A DNA stretch of 64,000 nucleotides from Nitrospirota bacterium (GTDB lineage Bacteria > Nitrospirota > Thermodesulfovibrionia > Thermodesulfovibrionales > SM23-35): NCBI GenBank assembly GCA_049323875.1, contig JBMOLW010000033.1, positions 133,339 through 197,338 of the forward strand, read 5' to 3'. The notes beneath the pieces are model-generated. The model saw only the letters and a program-made list of their open reading frames with translations, was not told the origin of the DNA and did no database searches. Made by a program: the position numbers and the translations under genes. Positions 18,492-27,667 of the stretch are shown here, in pieces. The number at the start of each line of letters is the position of its first letter. The first letter of the stretch is position 1.

Positions 18492-19124
18492 CTATTGCGC
18501 ACTGTTTTTCCGCGTTCTCTTCTGCCTGACATTCTGCACCTTGCCCTCAGAGCACGGGATGCAGACAGGCTTTCCTTCGCGTACCCTTGCCCTCGTCTCC
18601 ATGACCTTTTCCCCGCAACGGACACACCGCAGACTGGGGTATATATGCGCCTCGTCAGGAAGCGTCACCTTCACCCGTGATATCCTGAACAGGTCTGCAT
18701 CCTTTGCACGGAGTATCATATGCATCTTTTTCGTCTTCCGGGCATGCACTGATTTTACCACCTTAGCCGACCTGTCTCCCCTGGCATACTGTTCCCACAT
18801 ATTCTTTTCCTCATCGGATTCATCCGGCGGGGCAAAGTCAACTGATATCCTCATACCCTCGCCTTCCGGCCGTTTGATAAAGGTATATACCTGTTTTCCG
18901 TAATCCCTGAAAATCAGGTTTCCCTTGCCGAAGGTGCATCCGGTGAGAACCTGGACCGCATCGACCGCACAGGAATCGTTTTCGACGATTGCGACCAGTT
19001 CCTCATCCGCAGACCTGCGGCCGAGTTCCCGCAAAGCCAGGGCTGCAACCCGGTAGCCCAGTGCAAGTCCGGGACATGCATGACCGTGGAATCCGACGAC
19101 ATCCCCGAATGTCTTCATACCCAT
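18492..19124 (-). CDS. FmdE-family protein with a C-terminal zinc ribbon
   Basis: FHGHACPGLALGYR is an FmdE domain signature. The C-terminus has CVRCGEKV...CIPC. Confidence 0.75.
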   Translation of the reverse strand: MGMKTFGDVVGFHGHACPGLALGYRVAALALRELGRRSADEELVAIVENDSCAVDAVQVLTGCTFGKGNLIFRDYGKQVYTFIKRPEGEGMRISVDFAPPDESDEEKNMWEQYARGDRSAKVVKSVHARKTKKMHMILRAKDADLFRISRVKVTLPDEAHIYPSLRCVRCGEKVMETRARVREGKPVCIPCSEGKVQNVRQKRTRKNSAQ

Positions 19125-19228
19125 GATTGTACATCAAAAATGAATTCTTGTGTATCGTTCACCTTGCAAATCTCTCCAATGCCATGAAAATATATGACGT
19201 GTCCCTGTGGTGCGTGATAGAATGAAAA

Positions 19229-21136
19229 ATGATGAAAAAATCTGTCTGGATACTCGTCTCTCTTGCTGCTGCGTTTTCACTCTCGGTCGTAACAGGAATA
19301 GTCAACCCTTCAGAAAAAATCAATGCCCTCTGGCTTGTCATTGCTGCCGGCTGCTTCTATCTCATCACCTACAGATTCTATGCGTCCTTTCTTGCCGCGA
19401 AGGTGCTCGTTCTCGATGGAACCCGGACAACCCCTGCAAAAAAACTCTTCGACGGCATTGATTATCAGCCTACCAACCGCTGGGTTCTTTTCGGTCATCA
19501 CTTTGCGGCAATCGCAGGAGCAGGACCGCTCATCGGCCCCATGCTCGCTGCCCAATTCGGCTATCTCCCCGGCTTTCTCTGGCTTCTGATCGGGGCTGCA
19601 CTGGGGGGCGCTGTCCATGACATGGTGATCCTCTTTGCTTCCGTACGGAGGAACGGTCGTTCCCTCGCTGAAATCGCACGGGATGAGATAGGTCCTGTCG
19701 GGGGGTTTGCCGCTGCAGCCGCGATACTCTTCATCCTTATTGTAGCTCTTGCCGGCCTCGGCCTTGCAGTAGTGAATGCGCTCTCACAAAGCCCCTGGGG
19801 GACATTCACGATCGCGTTCACTATCCCCATTGCGTTCTTCATGGGGATTTACCTCTATCGCATCCGGCCCGGGAAGATAGCCGAGATGAGTGCCATAGGG
19901 GTACTTATGCTCTTCGTTGCCGTCTTCACCGGTCACTACATCCCGGGGTCTTTCCTTGAGCCATTCTTCAACCTTCCGAAAAACAGCCTCGTATTGTGTA
20001 TCGCGGCCTACGGCTTTATCGCATCGGTTCTCCCGGTCTGGATGCTCCTCTGTCCGAGGGATTACCTCTCCACGTATATGAAGATCGGAACCATCTTTCT
20101 GCTCGCGCTGGGGGTTATGGTAATCGCGCCGGAGATCCAGATGCCTGCGGTGACACGGTTTGCAGACGGTGGAGGTCCGGTCATTCCCGGCACTCTGTTC
20201 CCCTTTATGTTCATCACGATAGCGTGCGGGGCAATCTCAGGGTTCCACGGCCTTATTTCCTCAGGCACTACTCCGAAAATGCTCATGAACGAAAGGGATA
20301 TTCGCCCGATCGGTTTCGGCGCCATGCTCATTGAAGGCTTTGTCGCTGTCATGGCACTCATCGCTGCCACGGTTCTCCTCCCCGGGGATTATTTTGCTAT
20401 CAATACGACCCTCTCCTCTGATGCCATCAGGGAACTCGGGTTTCCTGTTGAAAAGGTGGAGGAATTCTCGGCAACCGTCGGGATTGATGTTGCAGGAAGA
20501 CCGGGTGGCGCCGTTTCACTCGCTGTTGGTATGGCGTCTATTCTCTCCGGCATTCCCGGCATGAAGGGCCTTATGCCTTACTGGTACAACTTCGCACTCA
20601 TGTTCGAAGCCCTTTTCATCCTGACAACGGTAGACACCGGCACACGGGTTGCACGTTTTCTTGTCCAGGAACTCGGCAGTATCGTGTACAAGCCCCTTAC
20701 CAAAACAGGTTGGCTTCCCGGCAATATTATTGCGAGTTTCCTCGTAGTCGGCTCCTGGTCTTATCTCATTTATTCCGGCAATATATCGACGATCTGGCCT
20801 ATGTTCGGAGTTGCTAACCAGTTGCTTGCGGCAATTGCGTTCGGAGTAGGCACCGTGGTGATCGTGAAATCGGGAAAGCTGAAGTATGCCTGGGTGACTT
20901 TTTTCCCCATGGTGTTCATGTTCACGACTACCTTAACCGCATCGTGGCAATTAATGTGGCTTTTCATGAACAAAGCCGCTTCTGCCACCTCGATGGCCGA
21001 AGCGCTTACCTTCAGGATCGATGTTTATCTCGTATTCCTGATGGCCTCTCTCGCGGTTATTGTTGTAATCGACATGCTGAGGAACTCCCGCCGGTTCATC
21101 ACCGAGGGTGCAGAGACAGCCCGAAGAAAGATATGA
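19229..21136 (+). CDS. cstA: carbon starvation protein A (peptide/pyruvate transporter family)
   Basis: 635 aa polytopic membrane protein. YRFYASFLAAKVLVLD and FGHHFAAIAGAGPLIGP are CstA hallmarks. Confidence 0.9.
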   Translation: MMKKSVWILVSLAAAFSLSVVTGIVNPSEKINALWLVIAAGCFYLITYRFYASFLAAKVLVLDGTRTTPAKKLFDGIDYQPTNRWVLFGHHFAAIAGAGPLIGPMLAAQFGYLPGFLWLLIGAALGGAVHDMVILFASVRRNGRSLAEIARDEIGPVGGFAAAAAILFILIVALAGLGLAVVNALSQSPWGTFTIAFTIPIAFFMGIYLYRIRPGKIAEMSAIGVLMLFVAVFTGHYIPGSFLEPFFNLPKNSLVLCIAAYGFIASVLPVWMLLCPRDYLSTYMKIGTIFLLALGVMVIAPEIQMPAVTRFADGGGPVIPGTLFPFMFITIACGAISGFHGLISSGTTPKMLMNERDIRPIGFGAMLIEGFVAVMALIAATVLLPGDYFAINTTLSSDAIRELGFPVEKVEEFSATVGIDVAGRPGGAVSLAVGMASILSGIPGMKGLMPYWYNFALMFEALFILTTVDTGTRVARFLVQELGSIVYKPLTKTGWLPGNIIASFLVVGSWSYLIYSGNISTIWPMFGVANQLLAAIAFGVGTVVIVKSGKLKYAWVTFFPMVFMFTTTLTASWQLMWLFMNKAASATSMAEALTFRIDVYLVFLMASLAVIVVIDMLRNSRRFITEGAETARRKI

Positions 21137-21291
21137 AGCCCCGGATCACGGATCTTGCCGCAATTCCCGGGAGGCTGACCCGGATGCATGCCGGGAACAG
21201 TCAGGTATGCTTGCTTTTGCTATCCGGCAAGACTGCTCAGCATCCTGAGCCAGTTGTTCGTTAGCCCCTTTTCCCTTTGTCATGGATGTGA

Positions 21292-23949
21292 TCAGGGGGA
21301 GTTCATTTCCTGAAGCCACCCCCGGACCAATGTCCTGATTCTCTCCTGCATTCCGGATGAACTGTCCCGGAAAGGATCATAGGATAATTTCCTGAGCACT
21401 GGTTTCAGAATCATATAGCCCTCTTCGGACCAGAGGACTCCCACCTGCCCATAGGGAAGGTTACTGATCTTTTCCCTGATATGAATATCCAATTGTTCAT
21501 AAGGCACTTCCTGATATCGTATCATGTCCGGATACAGACTCCGGATGTCTTCAAAGGACATCCCTTCTTTTGCCTTTTCCTGGAGTTCCCGGGCAAGAAC
21601 GATCTTGGTATACCGGTTGTCCTCATCGTATCTTACACTGAGAGAGTCGAACGTTGATTCTTCAGGCAGACGGTTCAGCCGCTGATCAACATATTCGCTT
21701 ACTGCAAAAAAACGCCTGAGAGCGTCCTGCTGTTCTGCATTCAAGGTATGCTGAGCCATATATTTCCGGAACTGCTCTGTCTCACCGGTGATACCCAGGG
21801 TCCTCGCCTTTTCATAAAGCGCTTCCTCGTTCTTTGCGTCTTCTTGTCCGACTCCTGTTCTCCACGGAACCGTCTGGATTCCCAACAGCGCAAGAACCGT
21901 TTCCCTATCGTCACCTTCCGTGTCCGGTGCAGCAGCTGCTTTTGCAAGGTGAACCCCCGCCTGTTCTTTGCTCAGCTCTCCCGTTCCTTCCCCGTCCGGC
22001 TCTTCCCCCTTCGGGGCAGTCACCAGCGGGATTTTCTCCGCCGGACCGGCTGCTCCTGACCGCATCCCGAAACCTTCACCGGTCACATTTTCTCCCCCAA
22101 GCCTTGACTTCAGTGTATCTCTTTCCCGGATAAGGTCAGCGACCAACTGTTCCTTGTCCTCGAGTTCCTGTATTCTTTTCACAAATTCTGCTGTCTTCTT
22201 CCTCTCTTCCTCCAGAAGTCCCCTGAGTTCTCCCTCTTCTCCTGACGTCCGGGATGAGGTATTGCATGCGTTCTCCATTTCCCTGATTTTCTGCTCAAGA
22301 TCTTCCCGCTTCTTTCTCTCCTCTCCGAGCATTTTGCTCAGGGTGTCCCGTTCCTGGGTCCTCTGCGCAAGGACCTGCTTCTCTTCATTTGCCGTCTTTG
22401 CATATTCCCCGGCCTCTGCTGCTTGCTGCTCCAGCCCTTCTGTCTTTGCTCTCTGCATTTCCAGTTCTTTTCTCAGAGAATCCCTCTCCCGGACCGTTTC
22501 GGCAAGCATCTCTTCTTTTTGTTCGAGGTCTCGTATCCTCGCCTCGTATCGCTCTGTGTTTGCTTTCTCCTGACCAACTTCCTTCTTCAGTCTGGTGTTT
22601 TCTTCACGGATATCCCGCAGGACTCCTCCCTGTTTCTCGAGTTCCGCAACCCGTCTCCCCAGTGCTGCTCCCTGTTCCTTTTCTGCATCCAGTTGAGCCG
22701 CGAGAACCTCCCGTTCATCAGTCACCCTGAGCAGTTCCTTTTCCTTCAGGAGGGCCTTTTCTTCAGAATTTTCTAGTTCTCTGACAGACTTCTCAAGTGC
22801 ATCTCGTATTTTTCGATCCCGGGATAACTCTCCTTTCAGAGCATCCTTCTCACTGAGAGCCTCCTGGAGCAGTTTTTCCTGTGTCCGGTATTTTTTCTCG
22901 ATATCTTTGTACTCATCCACCTGTGCAGATAACGCTTCAATAGTATCCCTCTGCCTCTCATTCTGGATTGATAACGCATCTTTATCCCTGGTCATCTGCT
23001 CAATGGCCCTGTCTCGGTCCGCGAGCACTTTCAGGTTCTCCCGGAATTCTCCTATCTGTCTTTTCTGCTCTTCAGACGCTGTCTTCAGGGAATCCCTCTC
23101 TGCAATAAGGTCCCTGATCGTTTTCTCTCTCTTTTCTGCATCCCGATTCTTTGCTCGCAGTTCTGCCGTAATTTTCCGTTCCTCGTCAAGCTGTTTCTCA
23201 AGAACTTCCTTCTCCCTGATTGATTCTTTCAGACCCTGCTCTCTGGAAAGCATCTTCTTTACTTCATCCTGACAGGTTTCAGCGCTTGTTCTGCTGTCCT
23301 TTTCCTGCTTCATCACCGCGTCAAGCTCTTTGCGCAGCCCGTCTCTTTCTGCCGTAATGTCTGAGAGCCTCTTCTCTTTCTTCTCGAGCTCAGTTACTTT
23401 GTCCCGGAGTATCTCCGCCTTTTCCCTTTCCTCGCTGAGCCGGATTTTTACCCTGTCACGTTCTTCAGCAGCTTCTTTCAATTCCTTCCCCAGGGATTTT
23501 ACCTGCTTCTCAGCCTCCCTCAATCGCTTTTCAGGAGAGCCATTCCTCACAACAACCTCATCCGGAACATCGGGTAGGGCATCGCCACCAATCCGGCTGA
23601 GTATCTCCAGTTCACTCTCTGCGTAAGGCACGTAGGGGCTCTCTTTAAAGCTCTTCCTGATTTCCTCAAACACCTTTCTCGCCTCTCCAAAAGACTTCAG
23701 CTGCATATACGATTTCCCGAGCCAGTAGAGTGCAGCATCCCGCGCAGAACTGTCGGGGAATTCCCGGAGAAATAAGCTGAATTCTTCCACAGCGCTCTCA
23801 GGTTTATATGACAGATAAGATTCATATCCCCTGTTGAAAAGACCGGCTTCACGGCCTGGGGTATCTTCGCCTGCAGCCGCCACGGGGAAGAGCAGGAAGA
23901 AGAGAAGGATTATGAATACTGGTTGATTGTGACCGGAGTTTTGTCCCAT
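21292..23949 (-). CDS. secreted TPR (YbgF-like) protein with a long repeat coiled coil and a SurA-N/parvulin-like C-terminal region
   Basis: About 885-890 aa. Signal-like segment FIILLFFLLFPVAAAG. A YbgF-like TPR region (DAALYWLGKSYMQLKSFGEARKVF). About 500 aa of E/K/R-rich sequence with recurring ExRDxLxxEL units. Confidence 0.7.
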   Translation of the reverse strand: MGQNSGHNQPVFIILLFFLLFPVAAAGEDTPGREAGLFNRGYESYLSYKPESAVEEFSLFLREFPDSSARDAALYWLGKSYMQLKSFGEARKVFEEIRKSFKESPYVPYAESELEILSRIGGDALPDVPDEVVVRNGSPEKRLREAEKQVKSLGKELKEAAEERDRVKIRLSEEREKAEILRDKVTELEKKEKRLSDITAERDGLRKELDAVMKQEKDSRTSAETCQDEVKKMLSREQGLKESIREKEVLEKQLDEERKITAELRAKNRDAEKREKTIRDLIAERDSLKTASEEQKRQIGEFRENLKVLADRDRAIEQMTRDKDALSIQNERQRDTIEALSAQVDEYKDIEKKYRTQEKLLQEALSEKDALKGELSRDRKIRDALEKSVRELENSEEKALLKEKELLRVTDEREVLAAQLDAEKEQGAALGRRVAELEKQGGVLRDIREENTRLKKEVGQEKANTERYEARIRDLEQKEEMLAETVRERDSLRKELEMQRAKTEGLEQQAAEAGEYAKTANEEKQVLAQRTQERDTLSKMLGEERKKREDLEQKIREMENACNTSSRTSGEEGELRGLLEEERKKTAEFVKRIQELEDKEQLVADLIRERDTLKSRLGGENVTGEGFGMRSGAAGPAEKIPLVTAPKGEEPDGEGTGELSKEQAGVHLAKAAAAPDTEGDDRETVLALLGIQTVPWRTGVGQEDAKNEEALYEKARTLGITGETEQFRKYMAQHTLNAEQQDALRRFFAVSEYVDQRLNRLPEESTFDSLSVRYDEDNRYTKIVLARELQEKAKEGMSFEDIRSLYPDMIRYQEVPYEQLDIHIREKISNLPYGQVGVLWSEEGYMILKPVLRKLSYDPFRDSSSGMQERIRTLVRGWLQEMNSP

Positions 23950-24860
23950 AGAGTTTTTAACCACTCCTTATATAATTTTTCCTTTTTCTGTCTGAAGAGG
24001 ATCTTCCGTACTTCCCCACGTACCTCATGAAAGGTCTTGAACTGCTCGTCCGTTGCATTGACAACCCGCAGGATGTATACCCCTTCTGCAACCCATATTG
24101 GTCCACTCGTTTGTCCCTTCCCCATGGCAAATGCTTTTTCATCAAGTGCAGGCACCAGTGTTCCCCGCCTGAAAGTCCCCAGTCTCCCCCCGAGGCTTTT
24201 CAGCGGCTCGTCGGCATATTCTTCCACAAGCAGATCAAAGTCTTCGCCATCCTTCAACCGGGAGACTATTTCGAGCGTCCTCCGCTTCAGGTCAGTTATT
24301 TCAGTGACCGGCGCCCCCTCCCTCAGCCTCAGGAAAATCGCCTTTACTTCTCTCGTCTCGAAGGTAGTCAGAAAATCCCTACCATGAGAGGCGAAATAAT
24401 CCTCCGCCTCCTTGTCAGTGACGAAAATCTTCGAATCAACCTCTTCATGGACCAGCTTCGCGATGGTAATATTCTCCTGTATATTGTTTCTATACATCTG
24501 GAGCGTCAACCCCTCCTGTCTGAGTCCCTCTTCAAAATCATCATGGGATAAATTCTGATCCTTTTTGAACTCTTCAAGCGCTTTGTCCACCTCCGCCTCG
24601 CTTGTCCCGATCCCGCGCTTTTTTGCCTCGAAGAGCATCATCCTGTCCTCTATCAGGTTGCGGAGCATCTGTTCGTCCACCCAATCCTGGCCTTCCATGT
24701 TCAGTCTGTTCCCGGTAAACCTTACATAATCTGCGTAGGTAATAATCTCCCCGTTTACCGTCGCAAGAACACGGTCAACGATCAGGGCAGAAGCCGATGA
24801 AAAAAAATCACCGAACAAAAGAAACAGCAGGAAGAATATCAGGACTGAAAGCCTGTGCAT
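23910..24860 (-). CDS. SurA/PrsA-type peptidyl-prolyl isomerase (parvulin domain)
   Basis: Start trimmed to MHRLSVLIFFLLFLLFGDFF (signal peptide). SurA-N-like region (VDRVLATVNGEIITYADY) and a parvulin region (GGRLGTFRRGTLVPALDEKAF). Confidence 0.75.
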   Translation of the reverse strand: MHRLSVLIFFLLFLLFGDFFSSASALIVDRVLATVNGEIITYADYVRFTGNRLNMEGQDWVDEQMLRNLIEDRMMLFEAKKRGIGTSEAEVDKALEEFKKDQNLSHDDFEEGLRQEGLTLQMYRNNIQENITIAKLVHEEVDSKIFVTDKEAEDYFASHGRDFLTTFETREVKAIFLRLREGAPVTEITDLKRRTLEIVSRLKDGEDFDLLVEEYADEPLKSLGGRLGTFRRGTLVPALDEKAFAMGKGQTSGPIWVAEGVYILRVVNATDEQFKTFHEVRGEVRKILFRQKKEKLYKEWLKTLWDKTPVTINQYS

Positions 24861-24943
24861 CCTGACGTATCGATGATCATTCCTGTTCACGGCACAGCGG
24901 GTTCCTTCAGTCCCGGACAAAGTTCCTCCATGCAGCAGATCCT

Positions 24944-25681
24944 TCACCGGGCTGTCGTCTCGGGTGTCTTGCCGGCTCCTTCACCCAGTTTCTCCATCAC
25001 TTTGAGCGCATCATCCCAGGTAAGCCATTTATCTTTTGGATTTCTCATGAGATATGCAGGATGGAAGGTCGGCATCACCGGAATACCCCTGTAGGGGAAA
25101 AATTTTCCCCGCACTGCGGTGATCTTCAGCCCCGGCCTCCCGGAAAGAGTTGCCGCCGATATCCTGCCGAGCGAGATGATCACCCGGGGACTGAGTATCG
25201 CAATCTGCCTCTCAAGGAACCCTCTGCACGCCTCGATTTCCTCTGCCTCCGGGTCGCGGTTAAGCGGGGGCCTGCATTTGACTATGTTCGCAATATACAC
25301 CTGTTCCCGGCTGAAACCCATTTTATTGATCAGACGGGTAAGCACCGTGCCTGCTTCACCGACAAATGGTCTTCCCTGCAGGTCTTCCTCTCTTCCGGGG
25401 GCTTCTCCGATAAACAGAATCTGTGGATCAGGGTCTCCTTCGCCAAAAACTATCGTGGTCCTTTTTCCCGATAGCTTGCACCGCTTGCAGTCACCGATCT
25501 CGCGTCGTAATTTTTCCAGGAGTATTGTTTTCTCAGAAGCGCTCATGAGGTTTTCCCTGCCTTTCATTGCTGTCAGATGCTCGGTACCCTTGGTCATCGT
25601 AACCGGCAGGCTTTCAAAACCCAATTTCTGATAGAACGAAACCCCTTCCCGGAGCGTCTCCAATACCTCTCTTTTCCTCAA
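24944..25681 (-). CDS. uracil-DNA glycosylase, family 4
   Basis: CKRCKL...IVFGEGDPDPQILFIGEAPGREEDLQGRPFVGEAG is the family-4 UDG signature. Confidence 0.85.
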   Translation of the reverse strand: MRKREVLETLREGVSFYQKLGFESLPVTMTKGTEHLTAMKGRENLMSASEKTILLEKLRREIGDCKRCKLSGKRTTIVFGEGDPDPQILFIGEAPGREEDLQGRPFVGEAGTVLTRLINKMGFSREQVYIANIVKCRPPLNRDPEAEEIEACRGFLERQIAILSPRVIISLGRISAATLSGRPGLKITAVRGKFFPYRGIPVMPTFHPAYLMRNPKDKWLTWDDALKVMEKLGEGAGKTPETTAR

Positions 25682-25723
25682 CTCTTCACCCTCAACTCTT
25701 TGACTTTAAACTTTCAACTTCTT

Positions 25724-26575
25724 TCACCGTTCTCCCCACTTCAGCTTTGTCCTGAGAATATGGAAGTAGTCTTTCTCGCAGGGGATGAAAAGATTCGTTT
25801 TGCAGGAAGATTTCCTGACCCTGATAACATCGTTTACCTTTAAGGAGAACCCCATCTGGCCGTCCAGGGTAAGGAATACGTCTTCATTCGGTGATTTAAG
25901 GAATATTTCTACGACGATGTCATCGGGGAGCACTATCGGTCTGTTTGTCAAGGTATGGGGACAGATGGGAGCAAGAATGATACTGTTCAGGGTCGGATAG
26001 AGAATAGGTCCTCCTGCAGAAAGTGCATATGCAGTCGAACCTGTTGGAGTCGATACAATAAGTCCATCGGCCTTGAAAGTTGCTATATAGGTATGATTGA
26101 CGTAAGTTTCAAGGTCTGTAATCCGTGCAAGGGCTCCCTTGTTTACGACAACGTCGTTCATCACGGTATATTCTGCGATACATTCACTGTGCCTGAAAAC
26201 ACACGCCGAAAGCATCATCCGCTCCTCAACAGGGCAGTCGTCATTCAGGACTTTTTTCATCGCGTCACGGAACTCTTCCTTCTGAACAGCAGTGAGAAAT
26301 CCAAGTCCCCCGATATTCACGCCGAGGATCGCTACGTTCCTGTTTCCCACAAGCCTTGCAACGCTGATCAAAGTCCCGTCACCTCCCAGCACGATGATCA
26401 CGTCCACGAGCGCCGGTATCTCAGCCCTGGGATATCCCTTCTTTCCGATAAGAGAAGCCGTGTGGGAGTCAATATATATTTCACAACCCTGCTCCAGAAG
26501 CCAGGGGAGAAACTCCCTGATCATTTCTGCAGGCTCTGTTTTACCGGTCTTACCGACGATGCCGATCTTTTTCAT
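25724..26575 (-). CDS. nadK: NAD+ kinase
   Basis: 283 aa with the GGDGTLI motif and the conserved C-terminal beta-sandwich pattern. Confidence 0.9.
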   Translation of the reverse strand: MKKIGIVGKTGKTEPAEMIREFLPWLLEQGCEIYIDSHTASLIGKKGYPRAEIPALVDVIIVLGGDGTLISVARLVGNRNVAILGVNIGGLGFLTAVQKEEFRDAMKKVLNDDCPVEERMMLSACVFRHSECIAEYTVMNDVVVNKGALARITDLETYVNHTYIATFKADGLIVSTPTGSTAYALSAGGPILYPTLNSIILAPICPHTLTNRPIVLPDDIVVEIFLKSPNEDVFLTLDGQMGFSLKVNDVIRVRKSSCKTNLFIPCEKDYFHILRTKLKWGER

Positions 26576-26993
26576 AAAGCCCTTTCACGGTTATCTCCCT
26601 GTCCTCTTCACTGAGAATTTTCAAGGTTACCTGGATCATATCCCTGGGAAGCCACTCCGCGGCTTTTTCCGCCCACTCGATGACGGTAATGTTCTGTCCT
26701 CCGATCGCTTCACCGAGGCCCAGGGTATCAAGTTCACCCTCTGTAGCGATCCGGTAGAGGTCTATGTGAATAAAAGGCGGAACAGTCTGGTACTCTGCGA
26801 CAAGGGTAAAGCTGGCGCTCACGATATCCCGCTCGCTGATACCCCATGCCTGAGCAATGCCTTTTGTGAGAGTAGTCTTGCCCGTTCCCAGTTCCCCGTA
26901 AAGTCCAACGGTATCTCCTGCGTGCAGGAGTTTGCCAATCCTGAATCCAAGCCTTTTCGTCTCATCAGGCCCTCGTGTCCTGAACTGTATCAT
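26550..26993 (-). CDS. tsaE: tRNA t6A37 biosynthesis ATPase TsaE
   Basis: Start trimmed to MIQFRTRGPDETKRLG (ATGA overlap with the pgeF stop). Walker A motif GELGTGKTTLTKG. Confidence 0.85.
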   Translation of the reverse strand: MIQFRTRGPDETKRLGFRIGKLLHAGDTVGLYGELGTGKTTLTKGIAQAWGISERDIVSASFTLVAEYQTVPPFIHIDLYRIATEGELDTLGLGEAIGGQNITVIEWAEKAAEWLPRDMIQVTLKILSEEDREITVKGLYEKDRHRR

Positions 26994-27667
26994 AGGATCC
27001 CGATAAACCCGCCCTGTCTCCCCACGTGGGTCTTGTGAAAACGGTATGAGGAGAATTTTCCGGGATTGCAGCAGGTGCATTCCGGAGAACTCCAGATATT
27101 CTTTTCGGGAATGCCTGCTGCAAGAGCCTGCATCCTGTTCGCACCGCAGAGGTCGACTCCGTATTTTTTCCCCCATACCCTGGAATAGTCACCGTTCCCG
27201 CTCGCCCTGACTACCTTATCCTTGACCTCGGCATCTACCCTATAGCAGCAGCCCCTGATGCTTGGACCGAGTGCGATAAGCAGAGCCTCGGGCGAAGAAC
27301 CGAAGTGTTCCTCCATAAGGGCAACGGTTTTTTTTAAGATTTGTGCAGCAGTCCCCCGCCAGCCGGCGTGAACAGCACCGATAGCAGGCTTCTTCACATC
27401 GGCAAGGAGAACAGGAACACAGTCGGCCACCTGAATGCCGATGAGTATTCCTTTTCTGTCGGTAATAACCGCATCGGCGATCTCAGGGGAAAGATCCGCA
27501 TCGAGGACTTTCACCCTATCGGTATGTTTCTGCACCGGCATATACACGTCCACAATGCCGGGAGCAGCCGTAGCGCAGATATTTCCCTTGTCAGCGCCGA
27601 GCACTTTTGTAGTAAAAAAAGCCCTTACCACACCGTTCATGTTTTCGGGAACAATAATATTATGCAT
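26990..27667 (-). CDS. pgeF: peptidoglycan editing factor / YfiH laccase-domain protein
   Basis: The motifs HTDRV, ADCVPVLL and HAGWRGT are present. Confidence 0.8.
   Translation of the reverse strand: MHNIIVPENMNGVVRAFFTTKVLGADKGNICATAAPGIVDVYMPVQKHTDRVKVLDADLSPEIADAVITDRKGILIGIQVADCVPVLLADVKKPAIGAVHAGWRGTAAQILKKTVALMEEHFGSSPEALLIALGPSIRGCCYRVDAEVKDKVVRASGNGDYSRVWGKKYGVDLCGANRMQALAAGIPEKNIWSSPECTCCNPGKFSSYRFHKTHVGRQGGFIGIL

Noticed and set aside
21137-21291. Terminator between convergent cstA and the coiled-coil gene
   Set aside because: I found only short or widely spaced complementary segments (for example TCTTGCCG / CGGCAAGA about 60 nt apart). There is no convincing stem plus U-tract.
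21748-23626. Series of Ser/Leu/Phe-rich plus-strand ORFs (99-201 aa)
   Set aside because: They are the antisense translation of the E/K/R-rich coiled-coil gene. GAA/AAG-rich coding sequence gives TTC/CTT-rich open frames on the other strand.
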